A stretch of DNA of 38,375 nt from positions 1-38,375 of the forward strand of contig JANPJS010000164.1 in the NCBI GenBank assembly GCA_031425655.1. Direction: 5' to 3'. Below are positions 36,639-38,375 of the stretch, piece by piece (positions within the stretch are counted from its first letter, which is position 1; each line of letters opens with the position of its first letter). The translations under genes and the position numbers were made by a program. The notes beneath the pieces were generated by a model, which saw only the letters and a program-made list of their open reading frames with translations, ran no database searches and had not been told where the DNA came from. Source of the DNA: Abditibacteriaceae bacterium (GTDB lineage: Bacteria; Armatimonadota; Abditibacteriia; Abditibacteriales; Abditibacteriaceae).

Positions 36639-37696
36639 GAAGCCAAAAGGTTTCGAGCCTGCTCTTTTGCCTACTCGTTGCAGTATGCCGCGCGGCGCAC
36701 TGCGAACCGGCGTCCGGCGTGATTGTCACGACGGAATACGGCATCGGCAAAAACGGCGAGGCCGTCGGGCAAAAACGCACTCAGCGCATCACGTTTCAGG
36801 GCCACAATGTTCGCACGGAAACTCTTATTGGGGCGGAACTTGTCGCGGTGTCGGTCGGCGGCGATTATTCGTGGTCGTCGGCACCGGCGGCGGGGCGAAT
36901 TCCCTTCGAGAATCAGCCACGCAAGGCCGATGCGGACACGGTTTTGCTTGCCTATCCGGCGCTGATTCGCCAAAATTTCGCGCGGCTTTTCGCGCCGCAT
37001 CCGCAGGTCGGCAAAGAAGCCGTCAAAGGCTTCCCGGCGAGGAAATACTTGTGGCATCAGGATGCACTTGTCGTCGGCGACATAAGGGCAGACGCGCAAG
37101 ATATTTTCTACTGGATTTACGACGACGAAGACTTTCCTTTTCCTCTGGCGCGCATATCGGACACCGGCGGAGCGCAGGAACTCCTCGAATTTCGTTTAAA
37201 CGTCCCGGTGCCGCCGGAATCCTTCACGCCTCCGCAAGGTTTGGCACCCGTCCAGCTTTTTCATCTGCCGCAAAAACCCTTTGTCGTTGAACTTCAGGAA
37301 ACCCGAAAATCCACAAAATACGGCTGGATTGTGCGTTCGAGCGAAGTTTTCGCGGGCGATGGCGACAAAGTCACGCGCACTTACAAGTCCACCACCGAGC
37401 AAAACGGCAAACCCAACGCTTTTGCGCCGCCGCCCGAAACTATAACTTACGAGCAGGCCGGCGCCGCTTTAGGTAATCGCCTGCAATTACCGATGTGGAT
37501 GAGCGTCAAAAAAACCGGCGACGAAACCGTTTTAAAATGGCCCTGCACGGTGCTGGAAAACCTCATCGAAGGTCTGCCTAAAGAAAAATCGTGGATTGCC
37601 GACCATCCGCTTTTGGGCACGATTCGCCTGCGTGTCACGACGGAATCGCCCGGCGACATCAGCGAGCGCAGCGTCACACGGATTGAGATTGGCTGA
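36635..37696 (+). CDS. Secreted hypothetical protein, possibly two LolA-like repeats
   Basis: Signal peptide; VGKEAVKGFPARKY...YW and TGDETVLKWPCTVL...SW resemble each other; ATGA coupling to the upstream gene. Confidence 0.65.
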   Translation: MRSQKVSSLLFCLLVAVCRAAHCEPASGVIVTTEYGIGKNGEAVGQKRTQRITFQGHNVRTETLIGAELVAVSVGGDYSWSSAPAAGRIPFENQPRKADADTVLLAYPALIRQNFARLFAPHPQVGKEAVKGFPARKYLWHQDALVVGDIRADAQDIFYWIYDDEDFPFPLARISDTGGAQELLEFRLNVPVPPESFTPPQGLAPVQLFHLPQKPFVVELQETRKSTKYGWIVRSSEVFAGDGDKVTRTYKSTTEQNGKPNAFAPPPETITYEQAGAALGNRLQLPMWMSVKKTGDETVLKWPCTVLENLIEGLPKEKSWIADHPLLGTIRLRVTTESPGDISERSVTRIEIG

Positions 37697-37701
37697 GAGA
37701 T

Positions 37702-38373
37702 TTATTCCAGCGTTGCCACGCCCCACGCATCGGGTTTATAAAGCGCGTGCGCGTTATGGAAATTAGCGCCTAAAATCGCTTCGCCGGTGAGTAAATCGCT
37801 GTCGTTGGCTAAAAAAGCGAAGCGAAAAGCGCTTTTGGAGCGCGGCACAAATGCGGCGTCGAGCCAGTTCCATGGCAGGCGCAGCGTCAGAATATAGCCC
37901 GCTTTTTCGACTTCGACTTTCGTAGCCAGCGGATTCATATTCCAAACGGGTTGGTCAATCGCCACGCCGCGAAAAGCCATCGGATGCGCGCGTTCGCCAT
38001 CGTTGTAAAGCACTAAGTTGAAAACACGCGCCGGTTGAAAATCGTTTTCGCCCGTGTAAAAACGCAGATGCAGCGAATCGGCGTTCCACCACGGCTGTTG
38101 CGGCCCGATGGGCTGCCACGGCGTTGCGTCGGCGATTTTTACGCGCAAATAAAGCGCGTTTTCGTCCCATAAAGCGCGCAGATTGGCCGAGCGTTCGCCA
38201 ACTATTTCCGGCGAAAGCGCAACCGGGCCGATTTCCCTCGCGCGATCCCACGCGGCAGGCGTTTCCAACGGCGACACAGCGGTTCGCGCAATGGGAACGG
38301 GAGCCGAATTCGCCGGCAGCCCCCACCCAGCCTCCCCCGGAGGGGGAGGAGTTACGCCTCTTCTCGCAGGCGT
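37702..38373 (-). CDS. Protein with a C-terminal CBM9/DOMON-like sugar-binding domain, probably 5'-truncated by the window
   Basis: ALWDENALYL...I.D, W.ADS..L, GY......PW..L and NDSD; the frame stays open from 38277 to the window end. Confidence 0.7.
   Translation of the reverse strand, partial: TPARRGVTPPPPGEAGWGLPANSAPVPIARTAVSPLETPAAWDRAREIGPVALSPEIVGERSANLRALWDENALYLRVKIADATPWQPIGPQQPWWNADSLHLRFYTGENDFQPARVFNLVLYNDGERAHPMAFRGVAIDQPVWNMNPLATKVEVEKAGYILTLRLPWNWLDAAFVPRSKSAFRFAFLANDSDLLTGEAILGANFHNAHALYKPDAWGVATLE
38320..38351. repeat. REP-like element CCCCCACCCAGCCTCCCCCGGAGGGGGAGGAG
   Basis: CCTCCCCC-GGA-GGGGGAGG hairpin with a C-rich leader. Confidence 0.55.
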
Positions 38374-38375
38374 TA

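Overview
GC-rich (~60%) bacterial chromosomal segment; the SLH and WD40 paralog style suggests Armatimonadota/Abditibacteriota (weak inference). Contents in order: a stand-alone ftsA; a membrane/DUF4129/DUF4350/MoxR cluster; cdsA, YihY family and 5-formyl-THF cyclo-ligase; a degenerate phosphofructokinase homolog; def and an ACT protein; a gatC-gatA...gatB locus split by ~7 kb of accessory DNA; UPF0182; a C50-type carotenoid cluster (crtE, crtB, crtI/D, lyeJ, cruF, idi) with a CarH-like operator; YyaL; and SLH, WD40 and secreted-protein genes. Two candidates for an undescribed system both lie between gatA and gatB. (1) A low-GC five-gene operon encoding two membrane proteins, a KGGxGRT ParA-like ATPase fused to a V4R domain, and two intact type I asparaginases, one with an extra C-terminal domain. 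(2) An orphan helical-protein gene preceded by ten AAGT(A/C)A(G/C) motifs phased every 20-21 bp. Many 7/8-bp tandem-repeat palindromes sit at gene ends, and one is translated in frame inside yyaL. All calls come from motif recognition by eye; no searches were run.
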